A stretch of 64,000 nucleotides of DNA from Octopus sinensis (GCF_006345805.1 NC_042997.1:92814001-92878000); one strand, 5' to 3'. Counted from the first letter of the stretch, positions 49,975 through 62,960 are shown. Numbers and translations: made by a program. Notes: generated by a model not told the origin, from the sequence alone.

Positions 49975-50130
49975 TTACCATGCCAAGTGAATTGTTTAAT
50001 GGTATTTCATCAATCTTTACATTCTAAGTTCAAATTCCACTGAGGTTGACTTTGCCTTTCATCCTTTCAGAGTTACGATAATGAGTGCCAGTTGAACACT
50101 GGGGTCCCTATAATTGTTTTAACTACTCCT
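49975..50130 (+). mobile_element. Meta-domain-like SINE
   Basis: gttcaaattccactgaggttgactttgcctttcatcctttc. Confidence 0.7.
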
Positions 50131-51769
50131 GAGTATGAGTATAAAAACTGCACTCCTCTGCCAGTTGGGCTGAGGAGGCTTATCAAACCAAAAAGGTCTC
50201 AAGTCATTCTCTAGTGGGGAGGACATGTTGAGGCTTTCATCCTGCAGTGGACTGAACATGGGCAATCCAATCCACTCAATAAGATTCCTTTAACAAGATT
50301 TGATTACTAAATCAAGGTCAACTGGGGCACCAAAACCTTATACATTATTTAATGTACTAGGACAGGGAGTTTTTGCCCTGTAGCAACCTTTATGTATTTT
50401 CCCTGTATTTTTTTAATTGGTTATTTTATTTGACATCTGTTTTGCTAAATTAAAGTTCTGTTGTTAGAAAGAAAATAGACCAATGTTAAATTAGATATAC
50501 TTATGTCTTCCTCAACAAGTACATTCTACTGAACACTACATGGACCTTTTTCACTCAGCACTTAACATTCAATAACATCACATGCCCATATTAGTGAAGC
50601 TGCCTCTTCTTCATATATTTACTAATGCCATTTATGCCCTGCTGTTCTCTCAGCTCACTTAAGCTCCACCTTTCCTGCACTTTACATCCAGTAGATTAGA
50701 ATAATCTCATTTGTTTCTCTGTTATAACAAGTTACAAAAACAATTACCAATTTTGCTGCAGCTCAACAGATTGGGTCACTTCTGACCTATGAAACAGTGT
50801 CAACTGCTGCCTAATTTTAGTAGTTATCCAATCACTTTCAGATTAATAGTCTAAAGTAATGATAGCAGCAGAATTTAGAGTCAAAATTTATGCTACAGGA
50901 TATAGTCATTTTGATTATTAAGCCAAACCATCAAGCCATTTATCTTCCATTAAATTCAACATGCAGTACCATACTGCCTGGTTACATTTTTTTGTTATAT
51001 CCTTCATCTATCTGAACCAAACACCAAAAATAGTAAAAATTTTGTTACAAGGAAAATTTAGGAAGAATATAAAATTCTGTACCTTTCCAAGAAGCTACCT
51101 CATTGGCTTGTTTATATTTAGTGCCTTGTGGTGACATAAATTGTATGGCTCTAAGCTAAAGCATTTCTACTATTGTTTTTTGGCTACATATATACATACA
51201 GGATAAGTCTGTCTAAAAACTTAGCTTCTGGAATAGCATTAACCTTCAATAAACAAAATCCATTTGCAAACTGCTGTACCATCAATTTTCTGTTATGCTA
51301 CATTGAATTCTATAGCCAATTTGCTTCCTTACTTCAGTGGATATTTTCTGTTTTCAAAAATTTCCTTCATTATCTCTATTTTCTAAAATTCTTAAATTCT
51401 TCTCTATTTTCTAAAGTACCTAACTCATTCTCCTCTATTTTCAAAAACTTTGGACATTATTCCCATTTCATTTTTAGATCTAAACTAAAAGAATGTCTTT
51501 TGGATCTGGAAAGAAATTGGAAATGCAATAGTACGTAGCTTTCAGTTTTGGAAGTATGTGTATGCATTTGTTCATATAATCAGCACAATTCTAGTACATG
51601 TTGCACTAAATCATAGTCATATCTATTTTGGGTTTTTCCAAATTCCCTTTTTTATTTTTTTTTTTGGAACATGAAGTTCTAATAAATTTGCATTACTTGT
51701 CACATAGTCTTGCTTATTTATGTCACTCAAGTATATTGGGTATGTATCTATTATTTATGATTGCCACTT

Positions 51770-52545
51770 TCTTGAATCTGGGTGAAACCACAGCAGTGAA
51801 AATGCACAGAGATTGTTTTCTATATGGTGTGCAAGAGAGACGGCTGCACTGGTATGGTCATGTGTTACATATGGATGAGGACAGCTGTGTGAGGAAGGAA
51901 CCTGTGGAAGAGGTAGACCTAGGGAAAACATGGGAATAGGTGGTGAAGCATGATCTTCAAACATTGGATCTCACAGAGGCAATGACAGGAGACTGAGACC
52001 TTTGGAGATATGTTGTGATTGAGAAGACCTGGCAACTAAAGTGAGATCGCACTCATGCATGTCTGGCCCAGTTAAGAGCATCCCTGATATGTGTTGGGTG
52101 ATATGATATGCTTGAGAAAACCTGTTGAGTCAAGTAAAACCAATATCATAACTATGGCCAGTGCTCCCTGACTGGCTCCAACACTGGTGGCACATAAAAA
52201 GTGCCATCTGAATGTGGCCAATACCAGTTCCCATACTGGTGGCAGATAAAAAACACCATCCGAACATGGCTGATGCCAGTACCCACTGACTGGCTCCCAT
52301 GCAGGTGGTACGTAAAAAGCACTATCTGAATATGATTGATGCCAGGCCCGCCTAACTGGCTCCTGTGCAGGTGGCACGTAAAAAACACCCATTACACTCT
52401 CAGAGTGGTTGGTGTTAGGAAGGGCATCCAGCTGTAGAAACATTGCCAGATCAGATTGGAGCCTGGTGCAGCCACTGGCTCTCCAGACCTCAGTCAAACC
52501 ATCCAACTCAAGCCACCATGGAAAACAAACGTTAAATGATATTGA
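51770..52545 (+). mobile_element. RTE C-terminus plus 3' UTR with tandem units
   Basis: VQERRLHWYGHVLHMDED, then UTR units and gaagggcatccagctgtagaa. Confidence 0.85.
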
Positions 52546-52774
52546 TGAACATTTTATCACTTTTCCAATGTTTTTAAGGAGTTTTATTATGTCATGTTGC
52601 TACTCTCTTAATAGAGACAAAAGGTGTTTCATTTGAGCATCTTCAATATCACTACATTAACTTTTTCTATGCACTGGATTTAACATTGTGAATTAATTAA
52701 TCAGCAATGAATCTCAGTATCTATCATCATTTATTGATTTAGCTTGAGAGTTCATGCATTTTATTTAGAAAATA

Positions 52775-52990
52775 TCGGTTTCAAATTTTGGCACAAGGCC
52801 AGCAATTCTGGAGGAAGAAGTAAATTGATTACATTGACCCCAGTGCTTAATTAGTACTTGTTTTACCAACCCTGAAAGGATGAAAGGCAAAGTCAACCTC
52901 AGTGGAATTTGAACTCAGAATGTACAGACAGATGAAATGCTACTAAACATTTTAGCCAGCATGCTAACAATATGGCCAGTTTTCTGCCTT
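52775..52990 (-). mobile_element. Meta-domain-like SINE
   Basis: ccctgaaaggatgaaaggcaaagtcaacctcagtggaatttgaactcagaa. Confidence 0.8.
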
Positions 52991-53654
52991 GTTTGTTATT
53001 TTACTTAGAAAATATTAAAACAAAAAAAAAGAAGCAAAAAAACAAAGTTTATCTGATTCTAACACAAAGTAATATAAATTATGAAAAAAGAAAAATTATA
53101 AAACATTATTTTAACTGTGAATATCAGTGGCTACTGCTATAAATAACAGCATGGATTAAAAAACACAAACTCTAGGATGAAAAAATAGTCAAAGGCTATC
53201 TACACAATATGAACCCATGTCTTCAGTAACCATGACAGAAGTGCTAACCATTATGCTAAAAAAATGTAAGCTTCAGCCTCTCTGCCATTTATTCTTTATT
53301 CTTACACAAAAGAAAGTAAGTCTGTTTACATTATGCAAATGTAGAAGCTTTGAGAAGACATGAAATAAATCATTTTAATGGTGAATCTTAAAGTTGATAT
53401 AGTCATAAATAATAAATAGCACATAATACTTTGGGTTAAAAAGTACTGGATAGAAAAAGGCTGAAAGCTAACTGAGTATGCGCTTAAGAATTAACATTCC
53501 ATTTCTCTGAAAAAAATCTCTCTTAAATATAAATTTCAAAAACTGTACAAACTGAATGTGGAAATGTGAAAAGCACTTTACTTTTATAATGTCAACTAGT
53601 AAAAATTTTAAAATATATATTACCCACCACCTTTTTTTCCTGTAAGTACATGAT

Positions 53655-53810
53655 CATTATTTAACGTTTTCCATGCTGGCATGGTTTGGAAGAATTGACA
53701 GGATCCAGTGAGCCACAGGGCTGCATCAAACTCCATGTGATCTTTAGCACAGTTTCTACAGCTGGATGCCCTTCCTAACACCAATCACTTTACAATTTAT
53801 ACTGAGTGCT
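53655..53810 (-). mobile_element. RTE 3' end copy
   Basis: tttctacagctggatgcccttcctaacacc on the plus strand. Confidence 0.75.
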
Positions 53811-54489
53811 TTTTCTCATACTACCACCAGCAGGAGTGGTATTGTCAAATAAGTTGCAAGACAGAAAAAAAAAAAGGGCTGAAAGGTGGAAAGGAAAAGC
53901 GCTTTTGACTATGAGGGAAGAGTATTTGAGAGGGTGGAGAGACTTTATGCCAGGGACCAGCAAAGGTGTGTTGCTATGGAGAAGATACATGACTAATCCA
54001 TATCTATATGAAGGTGGGTGAAAGTACCTGGGAAAATGTTTTAGATAAGTTGTGATATTCATGCTATTCTGAAAAAAACTGAAGCTGAGTATAAAACATG
54101 ATAAATAAAATATTTCAGACAGAGTATCATTTATTAAAAAGTCCAGTTGTATCCCTGAGCACTGTAGTCTTCATAATCACTTGCTTTACATTCATTCCTG
54201 ACAGTAACATCTTAATTACTCTCCAGGTCACTCACTAATGGTAGTTCAGTCAATTGAGTGAAAATGAAGTGTCTATATTTGTAATTTAAGCTAATTAAAA
54301 ATAATTATGCAGTGAGGAAAAAAAAAAAATTGTCAATGACTAATGTTTTCCTTTTGCCAACAAGTGCAGAAAAAAATCTAGATCTTTCATTTTTATTCTG
54401 ATCTCATCAGCAAAGCATAGTCTTTACTGTATTTGCAAAAGAAGCAAACATAGGAGATTAAAATTTAAAAAATTTTTCTACGTTAATCT

Positions 54490-55080
54490 TATTTTAGAGG
54501 AGAAGCGAAAGGCATTTAACATGCTGCAAAATGTTGCTATGTAAACGAATAGGACAGTGGCTACATATTTCAAGGCTGTAAAAGCAACAGTGCAGCAGAA
54601 GCTACAGATGATGCAGGAAAATTGGTGAAGTGATAGCTGCGATGAAATCCAAGAAGCTTCAAATGCTAACAATTCCAAACTTTTTTACTCTTTCTTGAAA
54701 AAAGTTTATGGACCAGTTTCATCAAAGGTTGTGCCACTCCAGAGTAAAGATGGCACAGAATTATTAACAAATCTTAAAAATATTGTTGGGAGATGGAAAG
54801 AACATTTTGAGGAGTCGCTCAATAGACCCACTGAAGTTGATCTCTCTTTTCTTGATAATATACCTGAGAGACCAAGAAAACATAGTAGAAGTTCCAAACC
54901 TGACTGAAATAAAAGCAGCAATCAGGAAATTGAACAATGGAAAGGTCCCTGGTATGGATGGACTAGGTGCAGAGATATATAAATATGGTAGTGATCATCT
55001 TTGTGCAATGTTGACGGATGTGGTTCAGGGGGTTTGGCAAAGTGAAGAGGTTCCTTCAGATAGGCATGATGCAATTATGA
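54490..55080 (+). mobile_element. RTE-type LINE fragment (EN-RT linker), second lineage
   Basis: LKKVYGP...DGTELLT..I.GRWKEHFEE.LNRP, EIKAAIRKLNNGKVPGMDGLGAEIYKYG, W.SEEVPSD. Confidence 0.88.
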
Positions 55081-55109
55081 GATACTATATAAATCTAAAG
55101 ACACTTATT

Positions 55110-55363
55110 CTATTGGTCTTCTTTTCTGAACCACTAAGTTATAAGGACGTAAATACACTAGCGTCGGTTGTCAAGTGATGGTGGGGGACGAACACGGACA
55201 CACAAACATATATACGATGGGCTTCTTTCAGTTTCCATCTACCAAATCCACTCACAAGTCTTTGGTTGGCCTGAGGCTATAGTAGAAGACACTCACCAAA
55301 GGTCCCATGCAGTAGGACTGAACCCAGAACCATGTGGTTGGTTAGCACAGCCACTCCTGCGCC
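55110..55363 (-). mobile_element. tRNA-derived SINE, tail type A
   Basis: ccatctaccaaatccactcacaag...ctatagtagaagacact...aaccatgtggttgg. Confidence 0.8.
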
Positions 55364-55848
55364 TAATAATTTTTTAAGTAACCAGAAGATGGATTTGGTA
55401 TTAATCTTTAATTTGTACAATGGTTGTATCAACCAATCCTGTTTCTGTCCTTTATGGGTGGGACTCTGATCAACATGTTGTATTGCATCCGTTTTACAGT
55501 CTGGGTCTCATCAGGTCCTTCCATACATAAAGTTGTCTTACTAAAGATTCTGAATGTTGGCTGTTATGTTGTTATACGCCCATCAGGTTAGGGAATGAAA
55601 CATTGCTACAATTTTCAGTTCTCTAACCAGAAGGGCTTATAACAACATGACAGCCAAAACTCAGGATCTTTAGTGAGACACAACTTCATGTATGGATGTA
55701 CCTGATGAGACCCAGACTACAAAATGAATGCAACACATACTGAACAGAGTCCCACCCATAAGGGACAGTAGCAGGATAGGTCGAAAAGACTGTTGTACAA
55801 AATAAAGATCAATACCAAATCCATCTTCTGGTTACTTAAAATATTATT
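55364..55848. repeat. Inverted pair of Penelope-like terminal repeats with type I hammerhead motif
   Basis: Imperfect ~230-bp arms. Right arm: tgtac-CTGATGA-gacc...ggtc-GAAA-agact-GTT-gtaca-a-AATAAA (55697-55806). Confidence 0.7.
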
Positions 55849-57042
55849 ATTATTGTCTCAGCTAACACTGCAGAGCTCTTGTAGTTGATCCAATGAAAAT
55901 ATACCCTGACTGTGGATGACACCAGATAGCCCAAACTGTGCCAGTGCTCTACCAAACACTTCTATATCCTAATTGACATATACCCATTAGTCCAAAATAT
56001 TAAATATACCAGAATACGAAGAACACATGATAAGCAATATCAATTGACAAGAGAAAAGATAAGTTTGAATATTTTTTGCCAAGGATTTATGGAAAATAAA
56101 TTAATCAAGAGGAAAGTGCCTTATAGGCTTTTTCAGACTGATTGATACAGCTGATGTCTAAATTCAATAACTGCAAGTGGACTAAGGAGCCATCAACTAC
56201 ATTACACCTAATTTGCTTCTAGTCAATAGTGATATACAGTTGTTTGTTTAAGCTATTTAAACATTGTAAGAAATAGGGCAAACAACGTGAATTACAGCTT
56301 GAAATCCTACCCATCTCTTCATCAAAACTTCTGTAAATTGCAGATATGGAATTTATTTATACTTAGATATACAGACATGAGAGTAAAACAGATTTTCAGT
56401 TTATTCCGATTTTCAAGGAGAAACAGAACTAGGCTATTTTACAATATACTTCTAAGTTCTCTTGATGCTAACTTAATTCTACAGTAGTGTAGTTTTTGTT
56501 TCTTTCTTTTCTATTTTATAAATTAAACTATTAGCAATTAGTTCTATCATTTGTTTTAGCCATCATTATTAAAGTTATACTAGAGCTCTGCTTTCGGAGT
56601 TGAATGTTCTATGTTTCCATGTAAATTAATCAAGACAATTAATTACAAATGTCATTCTAAATATAATTCTTAAATGCTGACAAGAATAACCTAAATAACT
56701 TCACCAAATCTGTATAAGCTAAATTAAAAACTAAAATGGCAGACTTGAAATATCTGAGACAAAAATTTTGTGGCATTAGATGAAAACAGTTTCTGCATTT
56801 GAACAAAGATAAGATATTAAATCTAAAATAAAATTGTTCTTTTTTCCAGGCAATATTTCAAATGTAAACCAAAAGTGGAACTTCTATATAATTACACAAG
56901 CTGTTCTGTGCAGCAATCAAATCCTCCTCCTAAACATTTTAAAAATAAGGATCAGATTCAAAGACTTAAATCTTATAATGGTACAAATACAAAAGTCCTG
57001 GCTAGAAACCCCCAATCAAATGCTTCAACCAGCAAGACTTAC

Positions 57043-57137
57043 CCAAATGGCAACACCACTTACACCCAAGATACTTTACAACAATAGTTTTGACACAAGC
57101 TAAACTTGAAAAATGTTCTGAGTCAATGGAAAAATAT
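57043..57137 (-). CDS. Candidate upstream exon of NHE-like gene (YFSIDSEHFSSLACVKTIVVKYLGCKWCCHL)
   Basis: G|gtaagt phase-1 donor is exactly what exon 35860 requires. SIDSEHF resembles NHE1 GIDYTHV. The acceptor is weak (aag) and a 21-kb intron is implied. Confidence 0.35.
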
Positions 57138-57619
57138 CTTCAAAAAATATTTTTGGGCAAAGAGAAAAAAAAGTCAAACAGAACAGTATGTTTTGAGAAA
57201 AGAGCTCTTTGGTATTATTTGTTAATTAACTTCAATGTGGCACAAACTATTACAGTTTAATTGGAATAAAATCCAAGTTAATGACTTATACTAGATTTGT
57301 GGATTTATCAAATGAAAAATAAAGTTTGAATTCTTTCATCCTGTTTAGATAACTATGTATCAAGTATTATCCAAGCACCAATGTCTGATAAAGAAACAAC
57401 TTCACTAATTAACAAAAACAATTTCTAGAAACTTTTGTTAAAGGAGACATTTTTAATTTATATGAGTGTTTTTGTTTCAAATATATTCCTTTCATTTTTT
57501 TTTAGTGTAAGGTAATTAATTCTGTGCTTTAAAGTCAGGTCTTTGAAGTCAAAATGGTAAGTTTTTAGAGTAAAACTTATTTTATATTGTCTCATTTAAA
57601 TAAGTTGTTAATCATAAGA

Positions 57620-59417
57620 AATAAAAGAAAACTCTAGTTCAGCATTATGTTTAGACAATTATCCAAATGAACCTTGATATCAGATTTTGGTCAATGCCCT
57701 CCAAATAAACACTTCAAACTCGCAAGAGATAATTGCCCACATAGCTAATTGTTCAATTCTGCCAATGTCTTTACTTTTTGGGTGTACTTCAGTATTTTCT
57801 TTTAGCGAATATAAGACTTTTACAAGAAAATGTTGTGTGCTGATACTTCTAGCATATAAAAAAGAAAATATTATATTACACAAAATTTTATTGAAATAGT
57901 ACAATTATTCATCTCTTGAAATCTTCCAAGTCAATGAATGACATTCAAATGTTTGTTCTGGCTACTCATCAGTTTTGCAAGTGTCATCTTTCATTGTAAC
58001 CATAATGTTTTGGTAGAATGTTTTCTTTTTCAGGGACTGCAATATGCTCAAATTTACCAGATTTTATTGGAAAAAACACTTTATATACCAGGGTAAGGTT
58101 ACAGTTAATGCCAGCTTCAAACACAAAATCATCCTCTCTTCAGCAGTTTAAACAGTGTATGACACTGACCAAATATTGATTCAACATAGCGGAAAGTTAT
58201 CTCTGCAACCAGTGGGTATTTTTCTACAGAGATTGTAAAGCTACCTTGTAATTTTCTATCTTTACAAGTGGAATATCTTCCTCTTCCATGGATTCAGTTA
58301 GAAGTTGTTCAACATAGACTATGTTGAATGGTTGGTATTGGTCTGAGTCTTATTAGCGAAATCTACTCTAATGGGTTTGCCAATTCCTCCTTTGTTCTCT
58401 GTTGCTCTACCCAGCCAAAGGTGCCCTGCTACAGCCCGGCATAGTGTAACTGACAATAATCTGGTCCAGGCTTGTAGTGAGCATGGCATACATAACATAT
58501 AAAACATAAATAAATGGTTGAGACAACATACAGAGCTTTCTGATCTGATGAGGAAGAGATGGGATGTATGATTTTATACATATTACATCATTGGCACTTT
58601 TCCAGTAAAAACCTCAACATATACATTTGTTGCTTTATACAGTTATAGATGCAAAAATTATGTATCCAAAGTTGCCTCTTACAATACTTTTGCTCAACCC
58701 CAGTTAGTGGTAGTGGTCAGGATGTTTGCATGGTCAAATGCCATCACGACTGCTTTAATCATCCATAGCTTCAGCGATCTCAGATAGTTCATGAATCTGC
58801 ATATCAATCTTTCTTATAAGAAGTTCATGGTCAAATCTAATTAGCTGCATATCTACTTCATCATGAACTATACCTGCAGTTCTGATATCTACTTGTATTT
58901 TATTACATTTGCTGTATATGTTACTTATGTGGAAGCCGAAGCTTACATTAAATACATCCATGGTCAAAGATATCTTGGCACAACCTATATTTTATGTTGT
59001 CATAATCTAAATTAGGTTAATTAGCAAAAAAATATCTTATGCATTGCTGAAATGGTTAGAGATGTGTCTAGGTAAATAAACTGTAAATAAACTGGCAGAA
59101 TGCAACAGGAAGTTGTTACTGAATTTTTCTCAAGAAAAATCATGAATCTTCAGAGTTTGGCATGGAGATCCATGATCACCGAAGTCTGTAGGCATGGCAC
59201 ATGAAAAGAGACCGCTAGAAGAGTAACCTTTTATGTTGTTATAGTTTCCATTACAAAGTAATGCAATATGTGTAACTGCTTTGTTGTCCAGCATTCTCTT
59301 AACAAGTGGTGTTCATGAATTTTTGCAGAAGGAAGGATAGCAACACATCCATGAAATTAGATTTTCTATGATTCATAATCTCTTCTTATGTGGTCAAATG
59401 ACTTCATCATCTGTCAT
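57620..59417 (-). pseudogene. Decayed coding-like island, candidate endogenous bunyavirus-like L (RdRp) N-terminal fragment
   Basis: High-complexity sequence not resembling other repeats in the window, with many stops and frameshifts. ATG at 59417, H ~34 (KIHEH), D ~78 (PTDF), D ~93 (LKIHDF), then LPVYLQFIYLD..LTIS..NLDYDN, and YARSISTQHFL....Y...EVFIWR near 57856. Confidence 0.45.
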
Positions 59418-59754
59418 TTTGTAGTAACAACAGCACTGACATAAAGACCGAACTTGTTTAGCAACTTCTTTACTACTGTATATAATGTGTGCTTCTGTAA
59501 CAGACAGAGTATGACAAACTGTCACTTAACAGTCATCATAATGTGACAGAGTAGATGTCAAATACAATCTAAGAGTAAATTTCAAGAGAAAAACTGGGAC
59601 AAGTCAATACCCCAATCTTACTAAAGTATTAACAGGTAATACAACTCATAAACTTAGAACTGCTTTGCTTAATCTTCAGCTTAAATTTGGTGGTTTGACA
59701 TATAGCAAGTTAAGACAGTAGCTCCTGCACTTTAGTATATCTAAATGCAGTGGA

Positions 59755-60560
59755 ACTACACACACAGACACATACCTAGCCAAAAATAAACCTCTGTAAC
59801 TAGCTTTTGTTGACATGGAGAAAGCCTTTCCCTTATCTGGTGGTCAATGCAGAAACTAGGGATAGATGAATGGTTAGTGAGAGCTGTACAGCCATGTACA
59901 GGGATGCTATTAGTAAGGTGAGGGTTGGCAACGAGTACAGTGAAGAATTCCAGGTACGGGTCCACCAAGGATCAGTCCTCAGCCCCTTCTTATTCATCAT
60001 AGTCCTCCAGGTAATAACAGAGGAATTCAAGACAGGATGCCCCTGGGAGCTTCTCTATGGTGATGACCTTGCTCTAATAGCTGAGTCACTATCAGAACTA
60101 GAAGAGAAGTTTTAGGTGTGGAAGCAAGGTCTAGAATCAAAGGGCCTTAGAGTCAATCTAGCAAAAACCAAAAGTCTTAATAAGTAGGAAGGCAGACAAA
60201 CCACAACTCTCTTCAGGTAGATGGCCCTACTCGATCTGTAGAAAAGTTGTAGGTAGAAACTCCATAAGATGTACCCAGCTGACTGGTCCAGTGCCGGGTG
60301 CATGTGAAAAGCACCATCTGAGTGTGGTCAATGCCAGTACTGCTTGACTGGCCCTCACATCAGTGGTACATAAAAAGCACCCGTTACACTCTCGGAGTTG
60401 CTGGCATTAGGAAGGGCATCCAGCTGTAGAAGCTTTGTCAGTTCAGATTGGAGCCTGGTACAGCCTTCTGGCTTGCCAGCCCCCAGTCAAACCTTCCAAC
60501 CATGCGAGGATGGAAAGCGGACATTAAATGACGACAATGATGATGATGATGATGATGAAT
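59755..60560 (+). mobile_element. RTE-type LINE fragment with 3' UTR and (GAT)n tail
   Basis: FVDMEKAF, VHQGSVLSPFLFIIVLQVITEEFKTGCPWELLYGDDL. Same family as 15749. Ends in gatgatgat. Confidence 0.9.
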
Positions 60561-60623
60561 TCTACCTTTACAGTGCTTTATTTTGCTAGAAAATAATACT
60601 ATTGCATTGTTTTAATATTTATA

Positions 60624-60670
<47 letters not shown>

Positions 60671-61029
60671 TAGAAGTTATTCATTTAAGTGCATTACATG
60701 AAATCTGGTATTATGCATCCACTCTATTAGTAGTTATGTTGATCAAGAAAATTTGTACAAACATCATATTCGACATGGACTTCAAGAAGTGAGTATGAAT
60801 AAGATTCTCACATTCTAATAGTTGACTATTCCTGAACTAGTCTAGTTTTAGTTTTCTAATAACAAAAATAAAAATATTTCTGAATGATTCAAGTAGAATA
60901 TGTTTTTGTCCTGGAGTACCTCAATTCAACTTTCTAAAACCCATTAAATAATCCACTGGGAAAACTTTAGATCACATATCAGTAGTAGTAGAGCGGATAA
61001 AGTAATGTATACATTGTATCAATGCTATA

Positions 61030-61280
61030 AAATGATAAACATTGCCCTTTTCAAGCCCAGCCAGGCTCATGGGCCCAGTTTCCGTGGTGTATGTGTTCCC
61101 CCCAGCTGGATGGGACGCCAGTCTACTGCAGCGTTACTCAAAAAGCAGGAAGAGAGAGTGAGAGAAACTTGTGGCGAAAGAGTACAACAGGGGTTGCCAC
61201 CACCCCCTGCCTGGGAATCAAAACCACGATCCTTAGACTGCGAGTCCACTGCCCTAACCACTGGGCCATTGCGCCTCCAC
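61030..61280 (-). mobile_element. tRNA-derived SINE (third type) with 13-bp TSD
   Basis: Reverse complement head ggaggcgcaatggcccagtggttagggcagtggactcgcagtctaaggatcgtggttttgattccc. Direct repeat tatcaatgctata at 61017-61029 and 61281-61293. Confidence 0.88.
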
Positions 61281-61557
61281 TATCAATGCTATACTGGTAG
61301 TAATATGAATAGTTAAAATAACTTGTTGGCTTTGAGTTTGATTCTCAGTATCACTATGTCAATGCTAGGCTCAAGTAAAAAAACTTCTGTAAAGAGGGTT
61401 CTTTGCTTTATTTCATTCTTCTTCCACTTTCATGCAGTTAGCTTCCTCTTAAGGATCTGGATTTAGATTTTGTTAAGCAGTGAGGCTTTGTGCACTTTTG
61501 GCATGGCTGGACATTGCAAAATAATCATGTCACATGATCATTTTACTGCATGCTTAA

Positions 61558-61769
61558 TCCTTTAGCATTTAAACCAGCTACATCTGGCCCAAAATTTCCT
61601 ACCTGCTTTATGTTCAAACTGATCAGATTTGGCCTCTCATGCCTATCTAACAATGTCATTGTAAAAATATACAATCACATTGAAATCTCAAAGCAATGAA
61701 GTAATGTATGATTAATTCAAACTGATGTGAATATGATACATTTGACAGAGTAATCTGAATGCTAAAAGG
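61558..61769 (-). mobile_element. piggyBac-type MITE family A
   Basis: TTAA|tcctttagcatt ... aatgctaaaagg|TTAA, reverse orientation. Confidence 0.85.
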
Positions 61770-62584
61770 TTAACGGTCAATTTTAGACTTGGGTATATTC
61801 TGCACAACATAACTAGATATAAGTCTACACCAGCACTAACACCATCACACATACTTCACAAGTCCATTGGCAATAGGGAAAGAGGCAAAATCGACTGGTA
61901 GAAGAAACTACTGGACATCTTCAGCTTTGACTCTGCACACAGGTAGCTATAGGGTGATGGTCATTTTCTGTCTTGCTGAACTCTTCTTAATCAGTGAAGT
62001 GACAAGAGAGTCCACACTAGATATAAGTAATTTTAGAGCAACCAGAATCCACATTAGATAAACAAATAGCTAGCTTAGTAGCCTTTTTCCTTGATTTAAG
62101 CTTGTGAATGGATTCTGGCGATTTTATTGTAAACTTTGGTATAGCTGTCTCATTATTTTAGAAAATATGACTAAGGTGCATTTAACAGTAGGCTCTTCAA
62201 TTACAGACAATAAATAGCATGCCAAAATTGTACTGTATAAAAAAAAAGCTCTGTAATTTCTATATAATCTTTTTCAGCCAATGAAAATTAGTGTCTTTTT
62301 TTTAATATTTTATTTTAACAGGCAGTTGATTTGCCACATGACTCCATGCTGCATTCTTGAATGAGAGGGAGATGATTCAGGTATAAAGTGGTTCTGTGTG
62401 TAATGAAGATGTGATAAGTAGATGTTGTTATTTTAAGCATTCTGAAGCTGGCAGAATCATTAGAGTATTGGAAAAAATGCCTTTCAGTATTTTTTCTAGT
62501 CAAGTTCTTGGGTTGATGGTATCTACTAACCTCTCCCTTCAATTCTGCTAGCCTTGTACCTAAATCAGAAACACATTACAAGCA

Positions 62585-62960
62585 CAGGTGCGTGGTATGA
62601 AGCTTGCTTCCCAACCACATGGTTCTGGGTTCAATCCCACCGCATGGTACCTTGGGTGTCTTCTACTATAGCCTCGGGTCGATCAAAGCCTTGTGAGTGG
62701 ATTTGGTAGACAGAAATTGAAAGAAGACTGTCATATAATATATATATATATATGTAAGTATGTATATTTTGCGTGTGTGTATTTATCTCCCCACCATCAC
62801 TTGATAACAGATGGTGGTGAGTTTATGTTCCTGTAATTTATTGGTTTGACAAAAGAGACCAATAGAATAAGTACTAGTACCTACAAAGAATACTTTAGGG
62901 TGGTGCTCCAGTATGGCTACAGTCAAATGAATGAAACATGTAAAAGAATAAAAGAATATT
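62585..62960 (+). mobile_element. tRNA-derived CORE-like SINE, tail type A, full length
   Basis: gcacaggtgcgtggtatgaagcttgcttcccaaccacatggttctgggttcaatccc head, (TA)n, tail taaaagaataaaagaat. Confidence 0.88.

Noticed and set aside
56850-57087. Plus-strand terminal-exon-like ORF (QYFKCKPK...LQQ*)
   Set aside because: No upstream plus-strand exons or homology found. The opposite strand offers a phase-matched NHE exon candidate.
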